DNA of 64,000 nucleotides from Bacillus sp. (in: firmicutes) (lineage in GTDB: Bacteria; Bacillota; Bacilli; Bacillales; DSM-1321), in the NCBI GenBank assembly GCA_051873995.1, contig JBJEFL010000028.1, positions 73,183 through 137,182 on the forward strand, given 5' to 3'. Both the position numbers and the translations under genes were made by a program. Below the pieces are notes generated by a model. That model worked only from the letters and a program-made list of their open reading frames with translations. It did no database searches and was not told where the DNA came from. Every line of letters begins with the position of its first letter. Position 1 is the first letter of the stretch. Shown piece by piece: positions 54,537 through 62,931 of this stretch.

Positions 54537-54965
54537 ATGGGTGTCGTTCCTTATAATGAGGAAGATGTGAAATTATTGGCAAGACTCATGCGGGCAGAGG
54601 CAGAAGGCGAAGGGTCACATGGGATGCTGATGGTCGGAAATGTCGGAGTAAACCGAGTCCTGGCATCTTGCCTTGATTTTAAAGATGTCAAAACTGTCTC
54701 AGAAATGGTCTTTCAGAATCCGGGCGGCTTTGAAGCGACTCAAAAGGGCTACTTTTACCAACCGGCTCGTGAAGCCGACATGGCACTGGCCAGAAGGGTG
54801 CTAAACGGCGAACGGGTTTGGCCGGCAACGTATGCGCTTTGGTATTTCCGACCAGACGGCGATTGCCCAGACAGTTGGTATAATCAACCACTGCAAGGAA
54901 AATATAAAAAACATTGCTTCTTTGCACCAAACGGCGATGAGTGCCCAGACGTCTATCGTTACTAA
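54537..54965 (+). CDS. cwlJ: Spore cortex-lytic enzyme CwlJ
   Basis: LLARLMRAEAEGEG..GMLMVGNV.VNR, PGGFEA, WYFRP, HCF; upstream of gerQ. Confidence 0.92.
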   Translation: MGVVPYNEEDVKLLARLMRAEAEGEGSHGMLMVGNVGVNRVLASCLDFKDVKTVSEMVFQNPGGFEATQKGYFYQPAREADMALARRVLNGERVWPATYALWYFRPDGDCPDSWYNQPLQGKYKKHCFFAPNGDECPDVYRY

Positions 54966-55186
54966 AATATCCTTCAGTTCAAACGACTGGCGTGCAACTC
55001 TTCTGCTTGATAATCATGATGGAGGAAAGCAAGCTATGTAGCCAGGAGTGCTGTAATAGCTACGCTTTCCGTAACCGCTTAGAGATAAGAACACAACTAG
55101 CTATATCAAAAGATTCTTTCACTCTTTTTGTTCTTTATACTTATGTGCTTTTGAACTAATTATCTACCAATTAGGAGGTATGCCTA

Positions 55187-55705
55187 ATGAACCAAATGGG
55201 TTCTAATCAATATGGGAGCTATAATTATCCCAACCCGCAGTCACAACAAGCCTATTACACACAGCCACAGGGCGCACAACAGAGCTTTGTTCAACACGCT
55301 ATTCCACCACAAATGCAACCAACACCTACTACACCCCAATTCCAAGGAGGTCCTTTGGAAGCGTCTGGTGGAACACTCATTCCAACCACTCAAACAATGG
55401 CTCAGCCTGCCACTACACCAGGTATGCTACCAATAGATCGAGCTTATATTGAAAATATACTTCGTCTTAACCGTGGAAAGCTCGTTACCGTCCACTCCAC
55501 TTTCGGACGTGGTCAAGAATCCACTCCTAAGGCATTCACTGGCCTACTCGAAAGTGCCGGGCGAGACCATATTCTACTGAAAGACCCGCAAACTGGCAGC
55601 CATTATCTCTTACTGATGGTGTACGTTGATTATATTACAACGGATGATGAGTTGGAGCATGATTTGCATGCTTTTTCTCCAATAGCCAGCTATTCGCCTA
55701 GATAA
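55187..55705 (+). CDS. gerQ: Spore coat protein GerQ
   Basis: Q/P-rich N-terminus, PGMLP...YIENILRLNRGK, GRDHI..DPQTG.YLLLMVY.DY. Confidence 0.92.
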   Translation: MNQMGSNQYGSYNYPNPQSQQAYYTQPQGAQQSFVQHAIPPQMQPTPTTPQFQGGPLEASGGTLIPTTQTMAQPATTPGMLPIDRAYIENILRLNRGKLVTVHSTFGRGQESTPKAFTGLLESAGRDHILLKDPQTGSHYLLLMVYVDYITTDDELEHDLHAFSPIASYSPR

Positions 55706-55760
55706 TATAAACGAAAAAGAACCTTCTCTTCACTGAAAAGGTTCTTTTCTACTTGACTGA

Positions 55761-56132
55761 CTATGCACCTCTTTTAGCAGCGACCATCACGCACACCCAA
55801 CCTGCTAAAAACGATACGCCACCAAAAGGTGTGATTGCTCCCAATACGCTAATTTGCGTTAAGCTTAGCACATATAAACTTCCAGAAAACAGAATGATAC
55901 CCACAAATAGCAGCCACCCTGCCCATTTAATGCTTTTCATTTCACCGACTTTTTCTGCCAATAAACCGACTGCCAATAAACCTAAAGCATGAAACATTTG
56001 GTACATAACAGCCGTTTCCCATGTATCCAAGTAATTATCCGGGATTCTCCCCTCCAGCATATGTGCGCCAAAAGCCCCTAGAGCGACAGCTAAAAATGCA
56101 TTAATAGCCCCTAAAGAAATAAAATGCTTCAC
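55761..56132 (-). CDS. ywdK: DUF423 family membrane protein
   Basis: VALGAFGAH, TAVMYQMFHALGL, FSGSLY, GAITPFGG. Confidence 0.92.
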   Translation of the reverse strand: MKHFISLGAINAFLAVALGAFGAHMLEGRIPDNYLDTWETAVMYQMFHALGLLAVGLLAEKVGEMKSIKWAGWLLFVGIILFSGSLYVLSLTQISVLGAITPFGGVSFLAGWVCVMVAAKRGA

Positions 56133-56159
56133 TACATCCCCCCCCTTTATGTCTGTCTG

Positions 56160-56432
56160 TTAAAAATCTAATAATGATGTCCCATTTGCATTATCTATTT
56201 TCACAATCTGTCCTGTTCCTGATTCAATAGAAGCCTGTAAATTGGTCTTTGTCTCTTGAACCACACGCGGTAATTCCTTTTTCTCGTACACTGATTCTGC
56301 CTCCGCCAGTAGCTCACATAAGATTTGAATGGAACTAATATAACGAGACATTTCCTCTCTCGTCTCCGCGGTCTTCGCTTGTTGAATCAATCCTTCCATT
56401 TTGTTCAATACTTTTTCTGATGATATTTCCAT
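56160..56432 (-). CDS. ywdI: YwdI family protein
   Basis: IS.EKVL.KM...I.ILCELL; C-terminal ANGTSLLDF; synteny. Confidence 0.85.
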   Translation of the reverse strand: MEISSEKVLNKMEGLIQQAKTAETREEMSRYISSIQILCELLAEAESVYEKKELPRVVQETKTNLQASIESGTGQIVKIDNANGTSLLDF

Positions 56433-56819
56433 GCCTTCACCCCTGAATATATGTTCTTCAAAGGAATGATCGTACGTCACCAACCATCCTTTCTATTCAC
56501 ACAAAAGTACAAAAATAATGCAGTAAAAAATATTGAAACTCGCTCACCACTTCTTTGTCTTCATTTTAGCATACATGCCTTCATGAACACCTTTTTCACG
56601 CCCTGCCTATTATTTTTCACTATACTTCAGACAATTTTGTCCAGATGACTGATAAACAACGATTGACGGAATCATGACAGATTTAAAATGAAAGGCTCTG
56701 TACCCTTTTGGCGCCCGTGGGTCCCACGTCACAAAATAATGCTTACACTTGACACAGTTAATCCTTTCCCTGTTCTCTACTCTACTCTTCTCATTCCCTC
56801 GATTTTTGTCATATTAACA

Positions 56820-56835
56820 TGTTTCACGTGAAACA
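56820..56835. promoter_or_regulatory. parS (Spo0J/ParB binding site)
   Basis: TGTTTCACGTGAAACA, a perfect match to TGTTNCACGTGAAACA, within an 18-bp perfect palindrome. Confidence 0.92.
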
Positions 56836-56849
56836 TTGTCGAATAATTC

Positions 56850-57566
56850 TCAATTACCTATCCAACTGATTACATGTTTCGTGGCATCAAAGCCATCAAA
56901 CTTTAAGAAATCATCTTCATATTTCGCACTGCACATCATCGGATGACGGCTTTCATAGAAAATTCCTTCCTTAATATAGGCTTTATTCTCTTTCGCTTCT
57001 TTTCCCCAAAGAAACCAGATAATAGATGGATTGACTTTCGAAATATACGCTAGCACCTGCTGAGAAAAAGCTTGCCATATATGCTTATGACTATTCGGTT
57101 GTCCAACTTCGCACGTAAAGGACGTATTTAAAAACAAAACGCCTTGGTCCTCTAAATAACTAAACCATTGAGTGGGCGGCTTGATAGGAAACTCGCCTGT
57201 TTTTATCTCTTGCTTGATTTTGGTAAAGGGTTGTATGTCTTCATAACAATCAATCTGATGATAATTTTTATGCAATAACCGAATGATGTTTTTCAAAGAA
57301 ACTTGTCGAAAGGGCTGCTCCCAACTTTCCAATCCCCCGACCTCAAAGGAGCGGCCCGTTGCGACCCCCTTCATCGGATAGACATCCTGACCAAGCCAGA
57401 TGACTTTCACCTGCTGCAAATCGACCGTCAGAAAACGCAAAATGTACTTCGGTTGACTCGGATTGTAGTTATCTCCTAGTTCTTTCTCAATGTGTTGCAG
57501 CTCACACTTGATTTCCGGCGTCAGAAACGGTAGCCAAGATTCGTGAATCTCTTTTGGTAAAATCAT
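56850..57566 (-). CDS. ung: Divergent family-1-like uracil-DNA glycosylase
   Basis: VKVIWLGQDVYP, GRSF, QGVLFLNT, FLWGK.A, SRHPMMCS; sits at the ung locus between ywdI and pdxK. Confidence 0.8.
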   Translation of the reverse strand: MILPKEIHESWLPFLTPEIKCELQHIEKELGDNYNPSQPKYILRFLTVDLQQVKVIWLGQDVYPMKGVATGRSFEVGGLESWEQPFRQVSLKNIIRLLHKNYHQIDCYEDIQPFTKIKQEIKTGEFPIKPPTQWFSYLEDQGVLFLNTSFTCEVGQPNSHKHIWQAFSQQVLAYISKVNPSIIWFLWGKEAKENKAYIKEGIFYESRHPMMCSAKYEDDFLKFDGFDATKHVISWIGN

Positions 57567-57740
57567 TCTAATCCCTCTTTTTTTCTGTATGTATTTCTTA
57601 TTACCTTTCATTGTAGCGCAATATTATTGTAAAAACTATTTTGTCTTTAGTGGGTTAAAGTCTTGAAAAATCCGATACAGATGGCTATGCTAAATTATAT
57701 TGGTTTTTTTAAATTGTCTTGCTACATGAGGAGGATACAT

Positions 57741-58559
57741 ATGTCCATGAAAAAAGCTCTAACCATCGCAGGTTCTGATTCAAGTGGAGGTGCTGGTATT
57801 CAAGCTGACCTAAAAACATTCCAAGAGTTCGGCGTATACGGAATGACAGCCTTGACGACAATCGTTGCCATGGACCCAAAGAATCATTGGCATCACCAAG
57901 TATTTCCGCAAGATATCAATACGGTAAAAGCTCAATTAGAAACCACACTCTCTGTCGGCGTTGATGCTGTGAAAACAGGTATGTTAGGTTCTGTCGAAGT
58001 AATCGAATTGGCTGCGCAACAAATCAAAAATCATAATTTACAAAATATTGTTGTAGACCCGGTAATGGTATGTAAAGGAGAAGATGAAGTCTTATTCCCT
58101 GAGCACACAGTTGCTTATAGAGAATCTCTGCTTCCGCTTGCAACAGTGACAACACCTAACCTGTTCGAAGCGTCTCAGCTAGCTGGCATGCCTGCTATCA
58201 CGACAATCGACCAAATGAAAGAGGCAGCAGAAAAGATTCATGCTTTGGGTGTAAAATATGTAGTCATTAAAGGCGGCAACAAATTAGAAAGTACAAATAA
58301 AGCTGTCGACCTTGTATTTGACGGTCAAGAGCATGTCATCGTGGAAAATGATTTAATCGAAACAGCTTATACTCATGGTGCGGGTTGTTCATTTGCAGCA
58401 GCCATTACGGCACAATTGGCGCTTGGAAAAGATGTACCTGAAGCGATTGACGTTGCAAAAGAATACATTACAGAAGCCATCCGTCATTCTTGGAAGCTGA
58501 ATGAATATGTCGGTCCTGTCATGCACGGCGCATATAAGCTATACAAGAATGAAAAATAA
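57741..58559 (+). CDS. pdxK: Pyridoxal kinase (ThiD-like PdxK, YwdB)
   Basis: IAGSDSSGGAGIQADLKTF, VDPVMVCKG, TPNLFEA, HGAGC (pyridoxal-kinase subgroup). Confidence 0.9.
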   Translation: MSMKKALTIAGSDSSGGAGIQADLKTFQEFGVYGMTALTTIVAMDPKNHWHHQVFPQDINTVKAQLETTLSVGVDAVKTGMLGSVEVIELAAQQIKNHNLQNIVVDPVMVCKGEDEVLFPEHTVAYRESLLPLATVTTPNLFEASQLAGMPAITTIDQMKEAAEKIHALGVKYVVIKGGNKLESTNKAVDLVFDGQEHVIVENDLIETAYTHGAGCSFAAAITAQLALGKDVPEAIDVAKEYITEAIRHSWKLNEYVGPVMHGAYKLYKNEK

Positions 58560-58576
58560 GGAACTATTTAATAGGT

Positions 58577-58607
58577 AAGACTAATGCTCGCACATTAGTC
58601 TTTTTTT
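58577..58607 (+). terminator. Terminator after pdxK
   Basis: AAGACTAATG / CATTAGTCTT followed by a T-run. Confidence 0.75.
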
Positions 58608-58753
58608 CCATTTTTATGTGAAGTTTTCGCATAATTACACTATTTTTAGTAAGATAAATAAAGAACTACTCGAAAAGCAGGTATCTTTCAAAACGGTCTT
58701 ATATTGACCGCAGAAGCAAAAACCCTTTTCTAAATATATAAGGAGGATTCCGA

Positions 58754-59101
58754 ATGAAACCAATTATTCCAACTGTTGTGCAAGAAGCCATCAATTCCTA
58801 CCAGCAACAACACGTTTATATACATTTGGAAACAACGAATGGTGCTTATGCTTCTCATTTTAGTGGGGGCAGTTATTCCGCTGGTGCCTACATCCGCAAT
58901 GCACTCGTGCAGTATGAGCATGGCAAAATTACAGGGGAAGGACCATACCGTGTAGGATTAAAGCTGCCAATCGGCTGGGTGTACGCGGAAGGTCTGAACC
59001 ATTTCCAAATAGATGATAAAAACCGTTTGCTTCTTGCAGGTCTCGATGCTGAAGGTAAATTGGCCGTTGCCTTGCAAATCAGCACAACACCATTTGAATA
59101 A
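58754..59101 (+). CDS. yojF: YojF family protein (DUF1806)
   Basis: VYIHLETTNGAYA, AYIRNA, GPYRVGLK..GWVYAEGL. Confidence 0.92.
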   Translation: MKPIIPTVVQEAINSYQQQHVYIHLETTNGAYASHFSGGSYSAGAYIRNALVQYEHGKITGEGPYRVGLKLPIGWVYAEGLNHFQIDDKNRLLLAGLDAEGKLAVALQISTTPFE

Positions 59102-59170
59102 AAGGAGTGTTCTACGCTTTTTATTGCCTAACTATGTCAGACATATTTTAAATTGAAAGGAGTTTTTCCG

Positions 59171-59842
59171 TTGAAACAAGAAAAGCATGTTCTTATGATT
59201 TTTCCTCATCCAGATGACGAAGCTTTTGGTGTATCAGGAACCATTGCCGATTATACGAAACAAGGCATACCGGTCACTTATATGTGCTTAACGTTGGGGG
59301 AAATGGGAAGAAACCTAGGAAACCCGCCATTTGCTACACGTGAATCACTTCCAAGTATACGAAAAAAAGAATTAAAAGACGCTGCAGCGGTTATGGGTAT
59401 CCAAGATTTGCGTATGATGGGGCTTCGCGACAAGACGGTGGAATTTGAAGATGAAGAAAAACTCATTGCTATGATTACATCAGCCATAAATGAATTACAG
59501 CCATCTCTTGTCATTTCATTCTACCCGGGGTACAGTGTGCATCCTGATCATGATGCCACAGGCCACGCTGTCGTTCAGGCAATAGCTCGACTACCGAAGG
59601 AAACGCGCCCTACTTTGCATGCTGTCGCATTCTCTCATAACTGCGAAGAGGAGTTAGGTGCGCCTGATATTATCAATGATGTACGGGATAATGTAGACGT
59701 GAAACTGGCTACGTTAAAGGCGCATGCCTCACAAACCCAATTACTGACAGGTCCTTGGGAAGAAAAATTGATAAAGAAAGATCCAGAAGTTATGGATCGT
59801 CTCTACTTCGAAAGATTTTGGACGTACAAATTCAAAAATTAA
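59171..59842 (+). CDS. bshB2: Bacillithiol biosynthesis deacetylase BshB2
   Basis: FPHPDDEAFG, TLGEMGRNLGNPPFATRE, DKTVEFE, HPDH; TTG start after AAAGGAG. Confidence 0.95.
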   Translation: MKQEKHVLMIFPHPDDEAFGVSGTIADYTKQGIPVTYMCLTLGEMGRNLGNPPFATRESLPSIRKKELKDAAAVMGIQDLRMMGLRDKTVEFEDEEKLIAMITSAINELQPSLVISFYPGYSVHPDHDATGHAVVQAIARLPKETRPTLHAVAFSHNCEEELGAPDIINDVRDNVDVKLATLKAHASQTQLLTGPWEEKLIKKDPEVMDRLYFERFWTYKFKN

Positions 59843-59926
59843 AATATTTATCTAGGGGTATACGAAAAGAAAGTACAGGATATACTTGATATATGATGAA
59901 CTTTCCATAGTGTCCCCTATATTAGA

Positions 59927-59964
59927 AAACAGCTTCTACACAATGGTAGAAGCTGTCTTTTTTT
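59927..59964. terminator. Terminator between bshB2 and the PTS cluster
   Basis: AAACAGCTTCTA / TAGAAGCTGTCTT followed by a T-run. Confidence 0.75.
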
Positions 59965-59970
59965 GGTGTT

Positions 59971-60966
59971 TTACACCATTATGGGTTGTTTCTCGATTAA
60001 TACTTCCGATTGAATTCTGCGAATCGTTTTAGATCCACCTCTAATCATAAGCGTTTCTGACTCTAAGCGATTACCTTTTTTCACAATACCTCTTAACAAA
60101 TCACCATCCGTGACACCTGTCGCTACAAAAACAAGTTGATCACTCTTCACAAGATGATCAAGTGAAATGATTTCCTCGATCATAATGTCCATTTGTTGGC
60201 ATCTGCTTATTTCCTCTTGATCAATTTGTTCGTTAACGATCGTTTTTCCTTTCACGTCAGACCGTAACTTTAGACGTGCTTGCATATTGCCACCAAGCAT
60301 TTTCACTACTGCAGCAGAAATGACTCCCTCAGGTGCACCTCCAATGCCATAATAAACGTCGGCTACTGCATCAGGAAGTTGAACTAAGATGGAAGCCACA
60401 ACATCCCCATCCGGAATCGCAAGAACACGCACACCGATATGATGCAATTCTTGAATGACAGGCTGATGACGATTTTTCTCGAGCGTTAAAATCGTGAGCT
60501 CCGAAATAGGTTTCTGCAAGGTTCTTGCCCAATTTTGAATCAGCTCATACAGTGGTAAAGATAAGTCGCAACAATCTTTCAACGCGGGTGATACAATCAA
60601 CTTTTCCATGTACATGTCAGGTGCCTTTAACAGGCTTCCTCTATCTCCTGCCACCATAACCGTAATAGCATTTGCCTGACCTAAAGCCGTCATTCTTGTT
60701 CCTTCGATTGGATCAACGGCTATGTCAATTTCAGGCCCACGTCCACTACCTAGCTTTTCTCCGATATACAACATAGGCGCTTCATCAATTTCACCTTCAC
60801 CAATGACAATTTCCGCGTTGATGTCCAGATTGTTCAACTCTCTTCTCATCGCTTCAACCGCCGCTTGATCGGCTAATTCTTTATCGCCCTTGCCTACCCA
60901 CGAATAAGCTGCCATCGCTGCTTTTTCTGACACTCTGGCAAATTCTAATGCAAGTTCTCTTTTCAT
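59971..60966 (-). CDS. glpX: Second class II fructose-1,6-bisphosphatase (E. coli GlpX/YggF-like)
   Basis: [50 protein letters not shown]. Confidence 0.92.
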   Translation of the reverse strand: MKRELALEFARVSEKAAMAAYSWVGKGDKELADQAAVEAMRRELNNLDINAEIVIGEGEIDEAPMLYIGEKLGSGRGPEIDIAVDPIEGTRMTALGQANAITVMVAGDRGSLLKAPDMYMEKLIVSPALKDCCDLSLPLYELIQNWARTLQKPISELTILTLEKNRHQPVIQELHHIGVRVLAIPDGDVVASILVQLPDAVADVYYGIGGAPEGVISAAVVKMLGGNMQARLKLRSDVKGKTIVNEQIDQEEISRCQQMDIMIEEIISLDHLVKSDQLVFVATGVTDGDLLRGIVKKGNRLESETLMIRGGSKTIRRIQSEVLIEKQPIMV

Positions 60967-61315
60967 AAAAATCTCCTTCTTTTTAAGAAAAGTATGTATC
61001 AGATTGTCTCCTTGTATTTATGCACATCCATCGAAGGCTTTCACATACCAGATGGAGAACGAACTCCATCTGAAGCATGTTTTCTTGCTGCCCACTTCCG
61101 AAAGTTAGAGACTCTCCACAAAAATGTCGGACGATTGAATCAGTTTGTCTTTTCAGTAGTAAGTTTATCAATGCCGGTTTTGAGAACTAATGCACATACT
61201 AACGCTGTTACAGATAGAATCACATTGTTCATCATAAAACCGATGATCAGTATACCAATATTCCCTAAACAAAGCAGGAAGTATAATAATTTTTTATTCA
61301 CGGTGATGTCACCTA

Positions 61316-61969
61316 CTATTCTTCAAGATTATAAGCAAATTCTCTTTCCGGCTCATGTACACGCACAACATCCAATGCCTTTAGGATTGTACCTTGCATG
61401 TAGGCATATGCATTATACTCTAAACGTTCTAGCATATCGTATGCTTTCACTAATGTTTTATCTGCTACAATGACACCATGCTCTCTTAATAAAGCAGCAA
61501 CCGGTACATCATTGCGTCTTTCAGCAGCGAATTGGCGTACATGCGCTGCTAATTCGGGTGAAGTTGCAGGTGCAAATTCTAAGCAAGGCACATGACCTAG
61601 TTTACGTGTTGCTTCACATACATGCGGTAAATCTACGCCTAATGAAGCAAATACCATACATTCTTTCGGATGGCCATGAACAACAGCTCCGATATGAGGA
61701 TTTTCGTCATATACAGCAATATGCATGTTGAATTCACGCGTAACGCGTCCATTGCCTTCCAGGACATTTCCATCACGATCGATGACAATGATATCGTCCG
61801 GAGTTAATCGGCAATGCTTATCTTGACTCATTAATGTCGGCGTCATAATCCAGTGATCCTTACTTACTTTTACACTGATATTGCCACCTGCTGCATTTGT
61901 CATAAAACGGTCAAACATCAATCTAGTTACTCGGCACAATTCTTCACGCTCATTAAAGTATTTCATCAA
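61316..61969 (-). CDS. Class II aldolase/adducin family protein (FucA/RhaD/AraD-like)
   Basis: AAGGNIS, TPT, REFNMH (catalytic Glu), VHGH and EHG metal ligands. Confidence 0.9.
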   Translation of the reverse strand: MMKYFNEREELCRVTRLMFDRFMTNAAGGNISVKVSKDHWIMTPTLMSQDKHCRLTPDDIIVIDRDGNVLEGNGRVTREFNMHIAVYDENPHIGAVVHGHPKECMVFASLGVDLPHVCEATRKLGHVPCLEFAPATSPELAAHVRQFAAERRNDVPVAALLREHGVIVADKTLVKAYDMLERLEYNAYAYMQGTILKALDVVRVHEPEREFAYNLEE

Positions 61970-62919
61970 ATTGCCTCCTCTAATATCTTTGTTGTTATTT
62001 TCACTTGTTGTTCTAGTTCATGGGCATACTCAAAATCAATGTAAGAGCTCGTTTCTTGCGCCGCTTTTGAAGCGCTGATGGCTGTAGCAAAGCGTAGAAT
62101 GTCTTCAATTGGTTTGCCTTCCGACAATTTCGTCACCAACCCGCCGACAAACGCATCGCCGCATCCTGTATCATTTTTCTCTTTCACTGCAGGCGGAGTC
62201 ACCCGAATGATTTTCCCATCATGAAAGACCATGCTGCCTTGCTTCCCTAACGAAACAATCAAATATGGAATGTTATAGCGCTTCGCCAGTTCCGGTAAAG
62301 CATCTTCGATTTCTTGCTCTGTCATATTCGATTGGTTCATCCATTGAGCAAATTCAAATTCATTCGGCTTAATCATTGTTGGTTCATGCAGGATGGCTTC
62401 ATTTAAATAATCGCCACTCGCATCGACTACTAATTGAGCTCCTTTCTTCTTCACAAGGGACAATAATTCACCATACCATTCAAGCGGGAAATCCTGAGGC
62501 GGATTACCTGCAAAGACAACGATATCATGAGACGTAATGACATTTAGCGTATTTAAGAGTTTATCGACCACAGCTCGCTCAACGGTAAAGCCACCCTCTG
62601 TGATCATGACACTTCCTTTTCCATCATTATCGACCAACACAAGTGTTTCTCGTGTTCTTGCTCCTGGTTGCTCGGTAAAGGCATAGTTGATATGCTCGTC
62701 ATGAAGAAGTTGCTTTAACTTTTCACCCGTATCACCGCCAATAATCCCTAAAGCGACTTGATGAATGTTCATTTTGGTGATTACGGAGGAAACGTGAGTT
62801 CCTTTTCCACCGTAATCATATGTGTAATGACTAACACGATTATTTTTCTTCGCTTGTAAAGGCTCCGAGAAGTATAAGATTTTATCAACGGCTGCATTTA
62901 ACGTGACTGTGTAAATCAT
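61966..62919 (-). CDS. PfkB-family 1-phosphofructokinase/tagatose-6-phosphate kinase-like protein
   Basis: YTVTLNAAVD, GGKGTHVS, IKPNEFE, SLGKQG, DTGCGDAF. Confidence 0.92.
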   Translation of the reverse strand: MIYTVTLNAAVDKILYFSEPLQAKKNNRVSHYTYDYGGKGTHVSSVITKMNIHQVALGIIGGDTGEKLKQLLHDEHINYAFTEQPGARTRETLVLVDNDGKGSVMITEGGFTVERAVVDKLLNTLNVITSHDIVVFAGNPPQDFPLEWYGELLSLVKKKGAQLVVDASGDYLNEAILHEPTMIKPNEFEFAQWMNQSNMTEQEIEDALPELAKRYNIPYLIVSLGKQGSMVFHDGKIIRVTPPAVKEKNDTGCGDAFVGGLVTKLSEGKPIEDILRFATAISASKAAQETSSYIDFEYAHELEQQVKITTKILEEAI

Positions 62920-62931
62920 CACTTCTCCCCC

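Noticed and set aside
56640-56790. RBS-like GGGAAAGGA followed by GTG and an 8-codon ORF downstream of ung
   Set aside because: Too short, with no recognisable homology even reading through the stop; cannot be supported as a gene or pseudogene.
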